Below are positions 4,836-6,965 of a stretch of 6,965 nucleotides of DNA, piece after piece. Position 1 is the stretch's first letter. Each line of letters begins with the position of its first letter. The notes under the pieces are model-generated. The model made no database searches. It was not told the origin of the DNA and was given only the letters and a program-made list of their open reading frames with translations. The translations under genes and the position numbers were made by a program. Source of the DNA: Paramicrosporidium saccamoebae KSL3. Its lineage: Eukaryota > Fungi > Cryptomycota. Location of the stretch: the NCBI GenBank assembly GCA_002794465.1, contig MTSL01000060.1, positions 1-6,965 of the forward strand. Direction: 5' to 3'.

Positions 4836-6875
4836 ATGGAGAATGGCCATGGCGACCAGGGATCCCCCAATGACCACCGAGTCGGCCCAAGTTGGATCGC
4901 CAAAGGTAACGCATTTTACAGTGTATTAACAGTTCAGCCAGTCTCTTTTAATGATCTACTTGTACAAAAGTATTCAGGGCAGCAAAAAGCGGTACCATCT
5001 GAAGCAACCGAATCTACAGCCACCCTCCCAAAAACGGCCATTTTAGGGACAGTTAGCCCTTTGGCAACAACCGTCCTTCCGGGAGCGCCCACTTCTCTTT
5101 CAGAAGCAGCTGCCCCTCAAGCGGTGGTGACAAAGAGGTTACGGACAGCAGGAAAAGACCGACTTCCTAAGGCAGAGGTCCCAACAACCAAGTACAGTGA
5201 CCTGGGGGGTATTGAGGGCATTCTGGAGGAAATCCGCGATTTGGTGGAGAGACCCTTTAGGAATCCCGAAGTATATCTTCACTTGGGGGTGGAGCCTCCT
5301 CGAGGGATCTTATTACACGGCGCACCAGGGAGCGGCAAGACCTCCTTGGCCATGGCTATTGCCGGTGAACTTGGTGTATCACTGCTCAAAGTATCGGCTC
5401 CCGAGTTGGTCTCGGGAATGTCTGGAGAGAGTGAGGGTCGCATAAGAGAATTATTTGATCAAGCGCGATCATCTGCCCCATGTTTACTATTCCTGGATGA
5501 AATTGATGCAATCACACCAAAACGCGAAACTGCACAACGGGAAATGGAGCGGAGGATAGTTGCACAATTGCTGACCTGCATGGACGACTTGTCCAGGTCA
5601 CAGTGCCATGTAATGGTCATTGGAGCGACTAATCGACCCGACTCTCTCGACCCGGCGTTACGTCGTGCTGGTCGTTTTGATAGAGAAATCCAGCTGGGAA
5701 TTCCCAACGAAGCGGCGCGATTTAGGATTCTGGAGGTTCTGTGTAAAAAGATGCGGCTAGGTGGAACCATAGATTTGAACCATATTTCGAGGAACACTCC
5801 AGGCTATGTGGGCGCTGATCTAAAGGCACTAACTCAGGAAGCAGCAAATGTTGCCATTAGGAGAATATTTGACGCTTTGGAGTCGGCGGCTGTGGCTGCG
5901 GGCACATCCCAGTCGGAACGACGCTCATTGACAGAAGACGAGTTGACGGTGGCGTGTGTGGAGCCGGCAGATTTCCAAATTGCAATGACCAAGATACAGC
6001 CTTCAGCAAAAAGAGAAGGTTTTGCGGTTGTTCCGGATACACGTTGGGAAGACATTGGCGCACTCCAATACGTCCGAGATGAACTTCGGATGGCAGTGAT
6101 TGAGCCAATTAGACATCCTGAAAAGTTTCTCGCTGTTGGAATTACCGCTCCTGCGGGTGTTCTATTGTGGGGGCCACCTGGCTGCGGTAAGACGCTGCTT
6201 GCAAAGGCAGTGGCCAATGAGAGTCATTCCAATTTCATTTCTGTAAAGGGACCAGAGCTGCTGAACAAATATGTCGGCGAGAGTGAGCGCGCTGTAAGAC
6301 AAGTGTTTGAGCGAGCCCGGCATTCTTCGCCCTGTGTAGTGTTTTTTGATGAATTGGACGCGTTGTGTCCTCGCCGATCTGACGAATCCGATTCGGCTAC
6401 TTCGAGGGTTGTCAACCAGTTGCTCACTGAGATGGATGGTTTGGAGGGGAGAAGTCAAGTGTTTGTCTTGGCGGCCACAAACAGACCGGACATGATTGAT
6501 CCGGCCATGACTCGTCCCGGCAGACTGGACAAGATGCTCTACGTCAATCTCCCAACTCCCTCCGAGCGAGTGGAGATTTTAAAGGCCATCAGTAGGAAAA
6601 CGCCGTGGACCCCAGACGTCAATCTCGAAGCCTTGGCGAATGATCCAAGGGCTGATAGATATAGCGGCGCCGATCTGGCCGCCTTGATCAGAGAGGCATC
6701 CATGGCATCAGTCCGGGAGTCCCTGGAATGCAACTCTATGCAGGTTGATGGAGAAAATCGCCTATCCGTCTCTCTTGCCCACATAGAGGCCGCCTTTACC
6801 CGCGTTTCCCCCTCAGTATCCCAGAGCGACTTGGCCTCTTACGAGCGGCTTTTAAAATGCAGGACCTTGCTATGA
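4836..6875 (+). CDS. RIX7: Type II AAA-ATPase RIX7/NVL (pre-60S biogenesis); exact 5' structure uncertain (ATG 4836 or 4843, probable intron from 4906)
   Basis: Two AAA domains: D1 GAPGSGKT / LLFLDEID / [20 protein letters not shown] and D2 GPPGCGKT / VVFFDELD / [20 protein letters not shown]. Rix7/NVL-specific signatures are [37 protein letters not shown] and GVLLWGPP. The track start at 4797 is TTG. Confidence 0.95.
   Translation: MENGHGDQGSPNDHRVGPSWIAKGNAFYSVLTVQPVSFNDLLVQKYSGQQKAVPSEATESTATLPKTAILGTVSPLATTVLPGAPTSLSEAAAPQAVVTKRLRTAGKDRLPKAEVPTTKYSDLGGIEGILEEIRDLVERPFRNPEVYLHLGVEPPRGILLHGAPGSGKTSLAMAIAGELGVSLLKVSAPELVSGMSGESEGRIRELFDQARSSAPCLLFLDEIDAITPKRETAQREMERRIVAQLLTCMDDLSRSQCHVMVIGATNRPDSLDPALRRAGRFDREIQLGIPNEAARFRILEVLCKKMRLGGTIDLNHISRNTPGYVGADLKALTQEAANVAIRRIFDALESAAVAAGTSQSERRSLTEDELTVACVEPADFQIAMTKIQPSAKREGFAVVPDTRWEDIGALQYVRDELRMAVIEPIRHPEKFLAVGITAPAGVLLWGPPGCGKTLLAKAVANESHSNFISVKGPELLNKYVGESERAVRQVFERARHSSPCVVFFDELDALCPRRSDESDSATSRVVNQLLTEMDGLEGRSQVFVLAATNRPDMIDPAMTRPGRLDKMLYVNLPTPSERVEILKAISRKTPWTPDVNLEALANDPRADRYSGADLAALIREASMASVRESLECNSMQVDGENRLSVSLAHIEAAFTRVSPSVSQSDLASYERLLKCRTLL
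4906..4937 (+). other. Candidate microintron near the RIX7 5' end (32 nt to acceptor 4937, or 27 nt to acceptor 4932)
   Basis: AAG|GTAACG donor, TATTAAC branch-point-like motif, and tandem CAG acceptors at 4930-4932 and 4935-4937. The size matches the SYS1 introns. Confidence 0.6.
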
Positions 6876-6883
6876 ACGAGTAT

Positions 6884-6889
6884 AATAAA
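6884..6889 (+). terminator. Putative polyadenylation signal AATAAA for RIX7
   Basis: AATAAA lies 8 nt after the TGA (6873-6875), the same close spacing seen for ORF-B. Confidence 0.5.
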
Positions 6890-6965
6890 AGATTATATGT
6901 TTATGGGTAGACCTGTGACGTAGAAAACTGATTAGCATGGCTTTTGGAAATAGTTCCCTAGTATG

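Noticed and set aside
3747-6784. Antisense and alternative-frame ORFs within calreticulin and RIX7 (and 561..743 in DUS3)
   Set aside because: These are expected by-products of long coding regions and carry no recognisable motifs.
4836-6875. Calling the ATPase CDC48/p97 or AFG2
   Set aside because: There is no double-psi-barrel N domain, and the D1 pore loop SGMSGESE plus [14 protein letters not shown] are Rix7/NVL signatures.
6930-6941. GATTAGCATGGC matches the U6 snRNA core
   Set aside because: The match is only 12 nt, with no upstream ACAGAGA box, no U6 ISL continuation (CCCCUGC) and an immediate T-run. Treated as chance.

Overview
This is a very gene-dense eukaryotic window with fungal/opisthokont-like proteins, intergenic gaps as short as about 45-55 nt, and about 30-nt introns near gene 5' ends. 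The architecture suggests a compact Rozellomycota/early-microsporidian-type genome, but that assignment is inference. Conserved genes, all on the + strand: the 3' part of tRNA dihydrouridine synthase DUS3 (1-780), Golgi membrane protein SYS1 split by microintrons (2498-3183), soluble calreticulin ending in KEEL (3561-4784) and the AAA-ATPase RIX7/NVL (about 4836-6875). Between DUS3 and SYS1 are four tandem minus-strand orphan ORFs (87, 130, 75 and 55 aa). Each has an N-terminal signal/anchor and an acidic tail; the 55-aa ORF is not in the supplied track. A complete dispersed 5S rRNA gene (1297-1415, +) sits antisense inside this cluster. Upstream of calreticulin is a non-coding array of 5-6 degenerate 20-bp repeats. 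The 5' end of RIX7 has two out-of-frame ATGs and two tandem splice acceptors. No CRISPR array, tRNA or transposase was seen.
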